64,000 bases of DNA from Nitrospirales bacterium (GTDB lineage: Bacteria > Nitrospirota > Nitrospiria > Nitrospirales > UBA8639). Made by a program: the position numbers and the translations under genes. Positions 37,445 to 47,295 of this stretch are shown one piece after another. Under the pieces are notes generated by a model. The model was not told where the DNA came from and made no database searches. It saw nothing but the letters and a program-made list of their open reading frames with translations. The stretch covers positions 597,690-661,689 of the forward strand of contig OZ244578.1 in assembly GCA_965217975.1 (NCBI GenBank). Direction: 5' to 3'. How positions within the stretch are numbered: the first letter of the stretch is position 1; the number at the start of each line of letters is the position of its first letter.

Positions 37445-37639
37445 CTACCGGAATGAACGCTTGGCCAACCATTTTTGTCGGCGACGGGCGGCCTCCTGTT
37501 CTTTGGCTTTCCGTCTCACGCTCGGCTTTTCGTAAAACCGTCGGCGTTTCAAATCACGGAACAACCCATCGGCTGCGAGTTTCTTCTTCGCGACGCGAAG
37601 CGCTTTCTCGACATTGTTGTTCACGACTTTGATTTCCAT
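37445..37639 (-). CDS. rpsU: 30S ribosomal protein S21
   Basis: MEIKVVNNNVEKALRVAKKKLAADGLFRDLKRRRFYEKPSVRRKAKEQEAARR. Confidence 0.95.
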   Translation of the reverse strand: MEIKVVNNNVEKALRVAKKKLAADGLFRDLKRRRFYEKPSVRRKAKEQEAARRRQKWLAKRSFR

Positions 37640-37685
37640 GGCAACCCCGATGCGTTATACGTTTCTTCCGTGATCAGCGAGGGCA

Positions 37686-37715
37686 GATATACCATACTTA
37701 GCAAATGAGTGACAA
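37686..37715 (-). promoter_or_regulatory. Putative promoter of rpsU (extended -10)
   Basis: On the minus strand: TTGTCA (37715-37710), 18-nt spacer ending in TGG, then TATATC (37691-37686). Confidence 0.4.
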
Positions 37716-37855
37716 GTTTGTAGGGTCACGCGAAGAAAGCCTTGTGCATTCAACAGGTTAGATCATTGTTTTTGATAAGAATGAGCGTTGTACGCGCAGA
37801 TTCAGGAAAGATAAAGATATTTTCAGGATGGGCCTGGAGAGCGAGCGAGACGGGA

Positions 37856-39241
37856 TTAGACGTTTTTCAATGCGGCGAGAATATCCAGCACCATCTTTTT
37901 CCCGTCGCCAAACAGCATGAGGGAATTATCCAACGCAAAAAGAGGATTCGGGATTCCCGCAAATCCGGGGCTTAAACTCCGTTTGATAACCACCACGGTT
38001 TTTGCCTTATCCACGTCAATGATCGGCATCCCGGCAATGGGACTGGCGGGGTCCGTTCTCGCCAAAGGATTCACCACGTCATTGGCGCCGATGATCAGGG
38101 CCACATCCATTTGATCAATATAGGGATTAATCTCGTCCATATCCTTGAGAGACTCATACGGCACGTCGGCTTCGGCTAACAGGACGTTCATATGCCCGGG
38201 CATCCGACCGGCGACGGGATGAACGGCATATTCCACTTCCACGCCTCGTTCCTCAAGCAGGGAAGCGAGGCTGGCGAGAGGGTGCTGGGCTTGAGAGACC
38301 GCCATGCCGTACCCCGGAACAATGACCACCCGTCGAGCGGCGTCAAAGAGGAGCGCGACTTCCTCCGGCGAGGTGGACTTCACACGGCCGGCATAGACCT
38401 CGTCCGCCGTGGCGCTTTCACCAGCCGGCCCCATGACGCCAAAGAGGACATTGGTCAGGGAGCGGTTCATGGCTTTACACATGATTTGCGTCAGGATCAA
38501 TCCCGAAGCGCCGACAAGGGATCCGGTAATGATCAGGACGTTATTGGACAACACAAACCCCGTTGCGGCGGCCGCCAACCCGGAGTAGGAGTTTAAGAGC
38601 GCGACCACCACGGGCATATCGGCTCCGCCGACTGGAATGACGAGCAACACCCCAAGGAGTGACGCCACCAGCACCAGTAACCAGTACAGCAGGATATTGG
38701 CCGGGTTCAGGACCACGCCCACGCTTAACGCAAGGGCCAGAAGCGCCAATATGGCGTTCATGACCTGTTGCCCCGTGAACAGCACGGCATTTTCAGAAAT
38801 GAGGCCTTTGAGTTTTCCAAAGGCCACCAGGCTTCCCCAAAACGTGACGGCCCCAATCAGCCCGGAGACGGCTGTGGCCACGGTGACCTGCACCAAAGGG
38901 TTGCCGTCAAAGAGGGTGTGTTCCAGTAAGACCGTCCCCGCCACCAGCACCGAGGCGATACCGCCAAACCCGTTAAACAACGCCACGAGTTCCGGCATGG
39001 TCGTCATGGCAATTTTCAGGGCCAGCAAGGCCCCGATGGTTGCCCCGATGAGGATGCCGACGAGGATGACCTCAAAACTGACGATGTTGCGATTCGTGAG
39101 CGTGATGACGATGGCCAGCAACATGCCGGATGCGCCGAGCGCGTTGCCTCGGACGGCGGTACGGGGACGGGTCAGTCCCTTCAGGCCGACAATGAAGAGT
39201 ATGGCGGCAACGAGGTATCCCAGATTGATGAGGACATTCAT
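37856..39241 (-). CDS. pntB: NAD(P) transhydrogenase subunit beta
   Basis: Full-length PntB-like protein: an N-terminal multi-TM domain and a C-terminal NADP(H)-binding domain (VIVPGYGMAVSQAQH, GANDVVNP). Confidence 0.95.
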   Translation of the reverse strand: MNVLINLGYLVAAILFIVGLKGLTRPRTAVRGNALGASGMLLAIVITLTNRNIVSFEVILVGILIGATIGALLALKIAMTTMPELVALFNGFGGIASVLVAGTVLLEHTLFDGNPLVQVTVATAVSGLIGAVTFWGSLVAFGKLKGLISENAVLFTGQQVMNAILALLALALSVGVVLNPANILLYWLLVLVASLLGVLLVIPVGGADMPVVVALLNSYSGLAAAATGFVLSNNVLIITGSLVGASGLILTQIMCKAMNRSLTNVLFGVMGPAGESATADEVYAGRVKSTSPEEVALLFDAARRVVIVPGYGMAVSQAQHPLASLASLLEERGVEVEYAVHPVAGRMPGHMNVLLAEADVPYESLKDMDEINPYIDQMDVALIIGANDVVNPLARTDPASPIAGMPIIDVDKAKTVVVIKRSLSPGFAGIPNPLFALDNSLMLFGDGKKMVLDILAALKNV

Positions 39242-39528
39242 GATGACGGGGATTTCTTTTTAAACATTTCCAGCATGCGATTGGTGACCATAAAGCCGCC
39301 GACGACATTAATGGTGGCGAAGATCACGGCGAGAAACCCAAGCGTGGTCGTCACGATCGTGTGTTGGGCGCCTGCCGAAAGAATGGCTCCGACAAGCGTG
39401 ATGCCTGAAATGGCGTTTGACCCCGACATGAGCGGGGTATGCAGGGTGGGAGGAATTTTGGTGATAATCTCAAACCCCACAAATATCGCCAGGACGAAAA
39501 TCGTAATGCCGGCAATCAACAGCTCCAT
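39238..39528 (-). CDS. pntA: NAD(P) transhydrogenase subunit alpha part 2 (membrane segment)
   Basis: 96-aa protein with 3 TM segments (TLHTPLMSGSNAISGITLVGA). Overlaps the pntB start by 4 nt. Confidence 0.9.
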   Translation of the reverse strand: MELLIAGITIFVLAIFVGFEIITKIPPTLHTPLMSGSNAISGITLVGAILSAGAQHTIVTTTLGFLAVIFATINVVGGFMVTNRMLEMFKKKSPSS

Positions 39529-39530
39529 GC

Positions 39531-40709
39531 TTACGGCTCCTCTCCCCGTCCGCCTGCGGGCGCGCCCAGGAGGTCGCGGATTTTGGGATGCACAATGTCT
39601 CCGCCGCGAGTCAACAGGGTTTCTCTGGTGATTTCGTCTTCCATGTCAATCGTCAACTCGCCTTTTTTCACCACATGAAGCAGGAAGGTGGCCAGGTTTT
39701 TGCTGTACATTTGGCTGGCGTGATACGGCACCATGGAGGCAAGATTGTCAGGCCCGATCAGTGTGACTCCATGCGCCACCACCGTCTGATTCAGCTTGGT
39801 GAGTTCACAATTTCCGCCTCGTTCGGCGGCCAAATCAATGATGACCGACCCGGGAGCCATGCCGGCCACCATCTCGGCGGTGATCAAGACCGGGGCTTTT
39901 TGTCCCGGTACCGCCGCTGTGGTAATCACCACGTCGCTTGCGCCGATCACTTTCGTCAGCAATGTTCGCTGGCGTTGATAGAATTCCTCGCCCTGGGCTT
40001 TGGCATAGCCGCTCGTGTCTTCTGCGTCCTGCGCCTCCAATGGCAAATCCACAAACTTGGCCCCGAGGCTTAGCACCTGCTCTTTGACCGTTGGCCGAAG
40101 GTCATAGGCTTCAACGGAGGCCCCGAGGCGGCGCGCCATGGAAATGGCCTGCAGACCGGCGACGCCGGCGCCGATGATCAAGACCTTGGCGGGAACCACG
40201 GTTCCGGCGGCTGTCATCAGCATCGGAAACATTTTCGGCAGCGCATCGGCGGCCATCAGGACGGCCTTGTAGCCAATGATCGTGCCCATTGACGAGAGCA
40301 CGTCCATGCTTTGCGCGCGAGTGATACGCGGCATCAATTCCATGGCACAGGCCCGCACGTTGCGCGCGCTCAACTCCCGGACGGCCTGGGGATTGGAAAG
40401 CGCGTCAGCCATGCCGACGATGAGGTGATCGTGCCGCATCAACGGCAGGTCGCTTTTGCCTTGTTCGGGATTCGCGCCCAACGTTCTGACTTGCGCAATG
40501 ATGTGCGCCTGTTCAAAGAGTTGAGAGCGTGACGGGACAATGACGCCCCCTTTCTCCGTATAGGCGGCGTCAGGATAGCCGGATTTGACCCCGGCGCCAC
40601 ATTCAATGTGGACGGTCATCCCGCCCTTCTGGAGAGACGGGAGGCTGGCGGGAGTAATGGCCACCCGATTTTCACCGGGATATGTCTCTTTGGGAACGCC
40701 GATGATCAT
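39531..40709 (-). CDS. pntA: NAD(P) transhydrogenase subunit alpha part 1 (AlaDH/PNT domain)
   Basis: MIIGVPKETYPGENRVAITP and the Rossmann motif VLIIGAGVAGLQA. Confidence 0.95.
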   Translation of the reverse strand: MIIGVPKETYPGENRVAITPASLPSLQKGGMTVHIECGAGVKSGYPDAAYTEKGGVIVPSRSQLFEQAHIIAQVRTLGANPEQGKSDLPLMRHDHLIVGMADALSNPQAVRELSARNVRACAMELMPRITRAQSMDVLSSMGTIIGYKAVLMAADALPKMFPMLMTAAGTVVPAKVLIIGAGVAGLQAISMARRLGASVEAYDLRPTVKEQVLSLGAKFVDLPLEAQDAEDTSGYAKAQGEEFYQRQRTLLTKVIGASDVVITTAAVPGQKAPVLITAEMVAGMAPGSVIIDLAAERGGNCELTKLNQTVVAHGVTLIGPDNLASMVPYHASQMYSKNLATFLLHVVKKGELTIDMEDEITRETLLTRGGDIVHPKIRDLLGAPAGGRGEEP

Positions 40710-40902
40710 GATGGTATCCGGGTCAAGGCATGAGCTGATGTCGCGGGACTGAACATGCGGAAGATGCCCTCATGAAAAGTCGCGACTGGCATGAACGGTT
40801 CAAACCGGGACAAAGTGTGAAGAGATACCATATGTATTTCCTGAAAATCAACGTGATGGTGAAGAGGCAACGGCCGCATTGGACAAAGCCGGCAGGAGGG
40901 CC

Positions 40903-42171
40903 TTACGAGCCATACAGGGTTTCCACGATGTGGTGTGTTTGGAAAAGCAGCGCATTCATCCGCGTGTAACAGGCATGACCAAAGAGCGATTCCTGCGGAT
41001 TGGTCGTATCGTTGTAATCAATCAGCAGGCATTCCCCGTCGTTGGGGCAGCGGGCCACGCGTCTCGCACATTCCAGCCACCGTTCAAAGCCGTCATAAGG
41101 CTCCAGATTTTCGCGCAAGGCCTGGTTCAGTTCCTCTTCCCATGGTGTGTCGGGCATGGCATCGGTGCCCGCCACCGCAAGCTGGTGCACGTAGTCGCCG
41201 CCGGAGGCCATGGGCAGTTCCATGACGACGTTGGGCAACTCCATTCTGGCCAGCCACCGCTTGCCATCCTGTCGAATCTGGCGATGATTGACGAGGTGGA
41301 GAAGTTTGCCGATTCCATCGGTGTTCCAGCCGTACCGAATGGGTGTGCCGAGCGTGACCACATCCAGCGCGGGCCAGGCGTCAAACCGGTTCTCGCCGAG
41401 AAAGCGATCAATCGCCCGCAAGTGTTGAGTCGCGTCCGCCGGAGCCTCGTCTTGTTCGTAAAACGAGACCAGTGTTTCAAGCAGGGCGTCACGAACGGAA
41501 GAGTCCCCCGGGGCAATCAGATTGGACAACAGGGCCGGCAATTGGCCCGCATGGCCATGGGCGACAATGACGAGACGGTCGTTGGCCTGGAAGCGTTGTT
41601 GGGCGGCAAGGTGCTCAAGTTCGCGGAAGAGCGCCAACGCCCCCTCCATGCGTCCGAGATGATGGTGCCTGGACGACCACAGGAAACGCCGGAACGCGAA
41701 CGGATGCGCGCGGGATTGAGAGAGGCCGTCCGCAAGACCATTGAGATAGTGTTCGGAAAAATTTCCTTTGTCATGCAGCAGGCTGTCCAGCTTTGTTTTG
41801 GTGGCTTCGTCATTGGCAAGGGGGATAGCGGGTTGGTCGGGGGAATCCGGCGACACCGGTTGGCAGGCATCGGGGCGCATGGCGGCCAGAAGCGATTCCA
41901 GTCCTGGAATGCCGCGAGAATACCCGCGCTTGAGACCGCCGACGTCATCCAGCCGCGCCGCTCCAAACAGATCGGCGCCGACGTGGGAACCATACACCAG
42001 GACCACGGCGCGCACCCCCGCGTCCCACATGCGCGTGCCCAGGTGTCCAAGCGCCTCGTGCCATGCCGGAGAACACGCGGGCGCCCCCGGGTCAAACGAC
42101 ACATACCGGACCCGCTCGCCCGGATCCGAACGGGAATACCTGGCATGGAGAAAATTATTGTCCTTTGGCAT
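40903..42171 (-). CDS. Hypothetical protein, alpha/beta-hydrolase (lipase/PGAP1)-like
   Basis: GGAG lies 8 nt upstream of ATG 42171 (MPKDNNF). VVLVYGSHVG, VIVAHGHAGQL at the position of a GxSxG elbow, and TLGTPIRYG. The upstream 87 codons of the track ORF look non-coding. Confidence 0.6.
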   Translation of the reverse strand: MPKDNNFLHARYSRSDPGERVRYVSFDPGAPACSPAWHEALGHLGTRMWDAGVRAVVLVYGSHVGADLFGAARLDDVGGLKRGYSRGIPGLESLLAAMRPDACQPVSPDSPDQPAIPLANDEATKTKLDSLLHDKGNFSEHYLNGLADGLSQSRAHPFAFRRFLWSSRHHHLGRMEGALALFRELEHLAAQQRFQANDRLVIVAHGHAGQLPALLSNLIAPGDSSVRDALLETLVSFYEQDEAPADATQHLRAIDRFLGENRFDAWPALDVVTLGTPIRYGWNTDGIGKLLHLVNHRQIRQDGKRWLARMELPNVVMELPMASGGDYVHQLAVAGTDAMPDTPWEEELNQALRENLEPYDGFERWLECARRVARCPNDGECLLIDYNDTTNPQESLFGHACYTRMNALLFQTHHIVETLYGS

Positions 42172-42256
42172 GAACGGCGCTCCTTTTTCGTGGCGTCTCA
42201 CCCGATTTTTCGGTATGGTGCCGGACGATATCATCGTGCGGGAATCGGGGATTGAC

Positions 42257-42709
42257 ATGCGACATGGTCTTTGCGCCGTCTTCGTGGCGGCAACATTGTG
42301 CATGGGGGCATCGGCATTTGCCGCGGATGCGAGTGCCATTGAAGCGGCGAAACGGTGCGTGGCGATTGCGTCGGACGGTGAAGGCGGTTTCGCCCGCGCC
42401 CAATGGCACCAGCGGCAAGTCGCCTGCCTCACGGACCTCTACGTGATGATCGGGATTGGGCCCAACGGCGGAGCGGCGGCTGTCACCGAGATTCGAGCGC
42501 ATTTGGACAATCTGGAAGCGGCCTATTACAACAGCCGCGCCCTGTGTATGACGAAAGAAAAACACGGCGACATTTCCGGCGGTTGCGGCACCATCTCACT
42601 GGCCCCCGCCGAATTCCGCCGCCTGCTTAAAACCATGATCCTCAACGCCGACACCGGCTGGGTCACGGAAGACCAACGCTTGAGAGACGCCCTCAAACTC
42701 CGCGACTAA
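42257..42709 (+). CDS. Hypothetical secreted Cys-containing protein
   Basis: Signal peptide MRHGLCAVFVAATLCMGASAFAADA and four further Cys. Divergent from the preceding gene. Confidence 0.55.
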   Translation: MRHGLCAVFVAATLCMGASAFAADASAIEAAKRCVAIASDGEGGFARAQWHQRQVACLTDLYVMIGIGPNGGAAAVTEIRAHLDNLEAAYYNSRALCMTKEKHGDISGGCGTISLAPAEFRRLLKTMILNADTGWVTEDQRLRDALKLRD

Positions 42710-43132
42710 GCTCCTGCCTTTCGCCCACCCAACGCTCAACGTGCTCCCATTGTCTTACCCTGAAAAGGAATCCGGACGCAACAGAGGTGAACCGGGAATG
42801 ACACACTTCAGGACAACGGGCGGCATGAAAAGCCTTCACGTTGACCGTGTGGCTGCATACGGGACAGGCATGGCCGGCAGGGGGGCAAGCCCATGGGTCA
42901 GCCGCATGTTCAACGAAGGCCGTTCCATCATCATCCCGCATGTCGGCGTGTTGACCCCTGAAAAATCGGCGTGATACGTTGATTATTCCTGTTTCCTGTT
43001 TGGTTCTTTATGGACTTGGGAGACGCGGAACGGCAGGAAGCACTGGCCAGGCAAGACCGCTACGCGCATCTGCAACGCATCTCCCGCAAAAAAGATTGTG
43101 AAGAGTTGAGCGTGGCTTTCGGAGCGAATAGC

Positions 43133-44146
43133 ATGGGTTCATCAGTCATCGCAATTGTTTTGCTCGGACTCTCTGCGCTCGGTTTTTCGGTGCCTCCCCC
43201 CGTTGCTGCCGCCACTCCGACCCAGGCCGATCACGTTCTGCTGTTTGTGCTGGAAGGCGTGGGGAGCGAAGTCATTGGCAAGGGGGATCACGGCCTCATG
43301 CCGGTGGTACACAAGCTCGCCAAAGAAGGGGCCGTCACGTGGAGCGCCCACTCGGTGTCGCCGCCGTTGACGGTGCCGGCCATGGCGAGTTTGCTGACGG
43401 GGTTGCCCGTCAACCGGCACCGCGTGAATCAGGAATGGGAAACGTATGATTTTTCCCGGTCGTTTCTGCGTCCTCCCACGATGTTTGATTATCTTGATCT
43501 GGCCGGAGGCGTGGATACCGCGCTCTTCATCATGGATGAGCGGTTTTATCAACTGGCCAGACCGGAAATTTACGTGGACATGCAAACGTGCGGGAAATCC
43601 AAACCGCAGTGTCATCCTGCCACGCTGGTGGAATATATCAAAGACTACCTGAAAAAAGTCACCAGCGAAGGCGGCTATAATTTCCGCATCTTCGCGGTGC
43701 CGGGACTGTTGGTGGCGCATCTTCCCGAGCCGGCGGACGTCGCCCAAAAACGCGGCTGGGATTCCGAGCCGTATCGCGCGGCACTCCGGGCCGTTGATAC
43801 GGCGATTGCGGATGTCATAGCTATCTATCGTGACCACGGCGTTCTGGACAAAACCATGGTCATCGTCACCGGCCTGAAGGGACCGGGCGCCCCGCATGAA
43901 TCCAACGCGGACATGGCCGCGGGGTCTCCACAGCAATCCCTTGTTCCCTGGCTCGCCTGGGGCGCGAACGTGAAGCCGGAGTACGCCATTACCCGTCCGG
44001 TGAGCATCATGGACACGGGCGCCACCGTGATGGAGGCGCTTGGGCTGGAAACGCACACGGAATGGGACAGTCGGACGCTGACGGACATTTTTCAAAAGAA
44101 ACCCGAACGCAGGACCACCGGCAATGAACAACTCGCGACGCGCTAG
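43133..44146 (+). CDS. Alkaline-phosphatase superfamily enzyme, nucleotide pyrophosphatase/phosphodiesterase (NPP)-like
   Basis: Signal/TM segment MGSSVIAIVLLGLSALG. HVLLFVLEGVG and the nucleophile region SVSPPLTVPAMASLLTGLPVNRHRV resemble the NPP PTxTxPxHxSxxTG motif. Start could instead be ATG 43010. Confidence 0.7.
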   Translation: MGSSVIAIVLLGLSALGFSVPPPVAAATPTQADHVLLFVLEGVGSEVIGKGDHGLMPVVHKLAKEGAVTWSAHSVSPPLTVPAMASLLTGLPVNRHRVNQEWETYDFSRSFLRPPTMFDYLDLAGGVDTALFIMDERFYQLARPEIYVDMQTCGKSKPQCHPATLVEYIKDYLKKVTSEGGYNFRIFAVPGLLVAHLPEPADVAQKRGWDSEPYRAALRAVDTAIADVIAIYRDHGVLDKTMVIVTGLKGPGAPHESNADMAAGSPQQSLVPWLAWGANVKPEYAITRPVSIMDTGATVMEALGLETHTEWDSRTLTDIFQKKPERRTTGNEQLATR

Positions 44147-44591
44147 ACGACGATCCCTGACGATGGGCGCCCTCATCGCGGCCAGCCCACTCCTCGGCGG
44201 CATGCTCATTGTCGAGGGAAGCGCGGCGCGGGAAGCCGTGAATCCGCTCACGCGGGAGTATGCGATTACCGTTGACCCCACGGCGATCAATCCGCCAACG
44301 TGGTGGCACGTGCCGGGCGTGACGCCCTTAATCTGGACCAACGATCCGATCACGTATGAATCCCATCCGACAACCGATGCGCGGGAACTGACGCTCAAGC
44401 CGGGTGAATATCGTTTCGGCACCTTTACGTTTGATTTTGCCTTTCGGGTGACGCTGGACGGCACGTTGGATTTTGCGTCATCCCTGGCGCAATGCGTGGA
44501 CGGGCGCGGCACCCGGACGCTGGCGATTCGGTGCAGCCATACGCAACCGTATAAACAAGAACGCGATTACGACTACTCCTCCGGCAACTAA
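44124..44591 (+). CDS. Hypothetical exported protein with a twin-arginine-like signal
   Basis: MNNSRRARRRSLTMGALIAASPLLGG...AAREA, then a beta-rich body. Overlaps the previous gene by 23 nt. Confidence 0.55.
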   Translation: MNNSRRARRRSLTMGALIAASPLLGGMLIVEGSAAREAVNPLTREYAITVDPTAINPPTWWHVPGVTPLIWTNDPITYESHPTTDARELTLKPGEYRFGTFTFDFAFRVTLDGTLDFASSLAQCVDGRGTRTLAIRCSHTQPYKQERDYDYSSGN

Positions 44592-44612
44592 CGCGGCTCG
44601 TTGGGAAATCTC

Positions 44613-45998
44613 ATGACACAGAACGTTGAACACTGGATTGAAGCGTTGGAAGACGTTGACGACGCGACGCGGGAGGAAGCCGCGAAGGCGCTGGCCGAAT
44701 TGGGTGATCCCAGCTCCGCCGACGTTCTTTTCGCGGCGCTGGAGGACGAGTATTGGGCCGTTCGCGTCCACGTGGGATGGGCGTTGGCGAAAATCGGAGG
44801 GGACGCGGCCATTGATGCGCTGATCACGTTGTTCAACGACAGCATCATGGAAGTGCAGGGTGAGGCGGTCTCCGCCATGGCGTCAATGGGGGCCGTCACG
44901 GTCCCGAAACTCATTGTCTGTTTGAAAGATGACCGATGGCGCGTGCGGGAGCAGGCGTCCAAGACGCTGGGGTTTCTCAAGGCCCCCGATACCGTCCAGC
45001 CGTTGATGCTGGTCTGCCGTGACCGTGACGGGGCCGTCAAAAGCGCGGCGGCCGGCACGCTGGGGCGCATTGGTGATGCCAGGGCCGTGCCCGTACTCAT
45101 CAAGCTGTTTAAGGACACCTCAAAAATCGTTCGTGAAACCGCCGGCACCGCCCTTGTGTATATCGGCGACGAGGCGATTCCCGCTCTTCTGGACACCTTG
45201 CACGATCCGCACTTTGTGGTGCGCTGTCACGGTGTGCGGGCGTTGGGCGGCATGACCACGGACTATCAAATGGGGCGCGCCTGGACGAAGGATCGGCGCG
45301 TGGTCGAGGCGCTGATCGGCGCCTTGAAGGATGACGACCGGGCTGTTCGTGAAGACGCCACGATCGCCCTGGGGATTATCGGGGATCCTCTGGCTGTTGA
45401 AGGGCTGGCGGACGCCATGAAGGACGGAGCCGTGAAGCGTCACGCCATTGCGTCGCTTGGCATGATCGGTGACGCGCGCGCGTTGCCGCCGGTGTTGGAT
45501 GCGCTCAAAGGCAAAGGGATTGCGCAACACGGGAAACCGACGCCGGGCTGCATTATCAGCGAAGACCAGCTTATCAAGGAAGCGGCGGCGACGGCGCTGG
45601 GACATTTTCGGGACCCCAAGGTGATTCCGGATCTGATTCTGCTGTTAAAGGATATCGTGTTGCGAGACTATGCCGCCTCGTCGCTGGTGCTGATCGGTGA
45701 CGCGGCCATTGAACCGCTGGCGGCTTTTCTGCATGACCCGGATGCGTCAAAGGTTGAAAAAGAGAGCGAGCGGGTGCTGGCGTTTGCCTCGACCAGGCTG
45801 ACGGCGTCCAGTGCGTTAAAGAAGACCGTGCTGGAGACGCTTGCCAAACTCGGCTGGGAACCGCCCAAGGGCGGTGAGCAGGACGGGAGTCAGGACCTTG
45901 AATATACCGACCCGGATAAAGTACTCGGCGAAGAAGGGCGGTTCGGGCCGTCGGGAGATTTCGCGAAGCCGGCCAAAGCCTACCGTATTGAACGCTGA
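44613..45998 (+). CDS. HEAT / PBS-lyase-like repeat protein (paralogue 1 of 5)
   Basis: Repeated units of the form D.(D/E)W.VR..AA.ALG.IGD..A(V/I)..L...L.D along the whole protein. Confidence 0.85.
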   Translation: MTQNVEHWIEALEDVDDATREEAAKALAELGDPSSADVLFAALEDEYWAVRVHVGWALAKIGGDAAIDALITLFNDSIMEVQGEAVSAMASMGAVTVPKLIVCLKDDRWRVREQASKTLGFLKAPDTVQPLMLVCRDRDGAVKSAAAGTLGRIGDARAVPVLIKLFKDTSKIVRETAGTALVYIGDEAIPALLDTLHDPHFVVRCHGVRALGGMTTDYQMGRAWTKDRRVVEALIGALKDDDRAVREDATIALGIIGDPLAVEGLADAMKDGAVKRHAIASLGMIGDARALPPVLDALKGKGIAQHGKPTPGCIISEDQLIKEAAATALGHFRDPKVIPDLILLLKDIVLRDYAASSLVLIGDAAIEPLAAFLHDPDASKVEKESERVLAFASTRLTASSALKKTVLETLAKLGWEPPKGGEQDGSQDLEYTDPDKVLGEEGRFGPSGDFAKPAKAYRIER

Positions 45999-46173
45999 CC
46001 CTGATTCACGCGAAGGCGCGAATCCGGGCTTCGGTGGGATGTTCTTCTCTCGTGCATCACGCTGACACAGGCCGGCACGGGACGGACACAATCTCTGAAT
46101 GATCTCCGGAAGACGGCATCGCGGAGAGAAGCCTGTTCAGGGGGGCGTGTCGTGTCACAACAAGGTGTGAATC

Positions 46174-47289
46174 ATGACCGATCGCGTGCCGGAGCACATT
46201 GCAGCCTTACGAGACGACGATTGGGGCATTCGCGAAGAAGCGGCCGTTGCGCTTGGGGCATGCCGGGATCCGAGAGGTGTTCGTCCATTGATTGAAGCGT
46301 TGCGAGATACAGATCAAGCCGTCAAAACCGCGGCGGCCCGTGCGTTGGCGGCGACTGGGGAACCGGCTGTGGTGGAGGTGGGGTATTGTTTGCAGGATCC
46401 GGACTTGGCCGTCCAGGAGGCTGCGGCGTCCATTTTGTCCACGACCGCCGATGCGCGTGTACTCGAACCCCTCACGTCTGCCCTCTTGAGCCGGGATTGG
46501 GTTGTCCGCATGCATGCCGCCCGCTCAATGGGACGGATTGCCGACCCGTGTTCGGTTGAAACCCTGGCGTTGCTTCTGCACGACACGGTGCCGGCGGTGC
46601 GCGACGAAGCCGTTGCGGTGCTGACATCCATCGGTGAGGCGGCGGTGACGCCATTGGTGGACGCGCTGGAGCACGACGATTGGCGAATCCGCCTGCGCGC
46701 CGCGGAAGCGTTGTGTGTGTTGCGCCCCCCCACAGCCGTTCGCCCGCTGGTGGCTCGTTTGCAACATGACCTTGATACGGCCGTGCGCCAGGAGGCCGCC
46801 CGCGCACTCGGCGATATCGGCGACAGCGGCGCCGTTGACGCTCTGCTGGAGGTCATTGAGGACCCGCGTCTTCGTGTGCGGGCGATTGAGGCGCTCGGGA
46901 AAATCGGCGATCGCCGCGTGTTGCCCGTCCTGTTTCAACTGCTCGGTGCGTTGACGACGAGCGACTATGCCAATCGCACGCCGGCCTGTGAGGACAATCA
47001 GTCGGAACTGGAGCTGGCCGCCGCAGAAGAAGCCGTGCGGGCGTTGGCGCGCTTCCGGGACAAGGCGTCTATTGCCGTGTTAATTCAGGCTTTGCAAAGT
47101 ACCCTGGTTCGACAGGAGGCGAGTGATGCGCTGGTCCAGTTTGGACAGCCGGCCATTGCGCCTCTGGTGAAACAGCTTCAACGCGAACGTGATGACAATA
47201 TTTGCTACCATCTTCAGGAAACCCTGACCCGGCTGGGATGGAACCCCAACCGGGTTCGTCTGGAATTTCGTAAGCGCACAAAGGCTTGA
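46174..47289 (+). CDS. HEAT / PBS-lyase-like repeat protein (paralogue 2)
   Basis: The same repeat grammar, e.g. LRDDDWGIREEAAVALGACRDPRGVRPLIEALRD. Confidence 0.85.
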   Translation: MTDRVPEHIAALRDDDWGIREEAAVALGACRDPRGVRPLIEALRDTDQAVKTAAARALAATGEPAVVEVGYCLQDPDLAVQEAAASILSTTADARVLEPLTSALLSRDWVVRMHAARSMGRIADPCSVETLALLLHDTVPAVRDEAVAVLTSIGEAAVTPLVDALEHDDWRIRLRAAEALCVLRPPTAVRPLVARLQHDLDTAVRQEAARALGDIGDSGAVDALLEVIEDPRLRVRAIEALGKIGDRRVLPVLFQLLGALTTSDYANRTPACEDNQSELELAAAEEAVRALARFRDKASIAVLIQALQSTLVRQEASDALVQFGQPAIAPLVKQLQRERDDNICYHLQETLTRLGWNPNRVRLEFRKRTKA

Positions 47290-47295
47290 GTCGCC

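Noticed and set aside
40879-42255. A 458-aa plus-strand ORF.
   Set aside because: It is antisense to the better-supported minus-strand gene (40903-42171), which has an SD-led ATG and a globular composition. The plus-strand translation is Arg/Gly/Pro-rich.
43142-44512. A 456-aa minus-strand ORF.
   Set aside because: It is antisense to the NPP-like phosphodiesterase and the Tat-signal protein genes. Its composition is Arg/His/Gly-rich and no motifs are present.
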